DNA of 64,000 bases. Origin: Mobula hypostoma (taxonomy: Eukaryota). Positions 63,791 to 64,000 of the stretch are shown here, piece after piece (the stretch's first letter is position 1; every line of letters begins with the position of its first letter). The notes under the pieces were generated by a model. That model saw only the letters and a list, made by a program, of their open reading frames with translations. It made no database searches and had not been told where the DNA came from. The translations under genes and the position numbers were made by a program. The stretch spans positions 69,442,001 through 69,506,000 of the forward strand of contig NC_086108.1 in the NCBI RefSeq assembly GCF_963921235.1. Direction: 5' to 3'.

Positions 63791-64000
63791 TGGCTTTGGG
63801 TCTGTATTGACTATTGTAACATTGCCCTTTTGGCATGAATTTTCTATCTCCTATTGTAACTTGTAGGCCACATCCTTACTACTGTTTGGGGGGGGGGGGC
63901 GGTCTGCATGCAACTCCCATCAGGATGTTTTTACCCTTGCAATTCCTTGGCTCTATCCACAATGGTTCAATACCTTCCACCCCTATGTCACCTCTTTCTA

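Noticed and set aside
1..64000. CRISPR arrays, operons or prokaryotic defence systems
   Set aside because: Spliced vertebrate genes and eukaryotic retroelements explain the window; no regular repeat-spacer array is present.

Overview
Vertebrate nuclear DNA. The repeat landscape (dense CR1 LINEs, Rex1, Penelope-derived hairpins) points to a cartilaginous fish, probably a ray; this is inference. Two host genes lie on the minus strand in the same order as in human. EPS15 contributes its last three coding exons (56331-56169, 55892-55717, 54819-54673; DPF, proline-rich and UIM C-terminus). Downstream, TTC39A contributes a CpG-rich putative first coding exon (28186-28128) and exon 2 (11363-11259). 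Most of the rest is retroelement DNA: many CR1 fragments including one with an uninterrupted 963-aa ORF2, a young 5'-truncated L1 with an open 1127-aa ORF2 and 12-bp TSD inside an EPS15 intron, and an internally deleted Gmr1-like Gypsy element (LTRs, TSD, tRNA-Pro PBS, SCAN-type gag, INT before RT). There are also a solo LTR, two Rex1 copies, SINEs and several Penelope-like (PLE) fold-back insertions. The most notable signals are RNA-structural: a near-perfect ~1.06-kb PLE palindrome carrying minimal hammerhead ribozyme cores, and a candidate atypical HDV-like ribozyme at the 5' end of a non-autonomous RTE-type element. I see no convincing new protein-coding system. Boundaries of old repeats are approximate.
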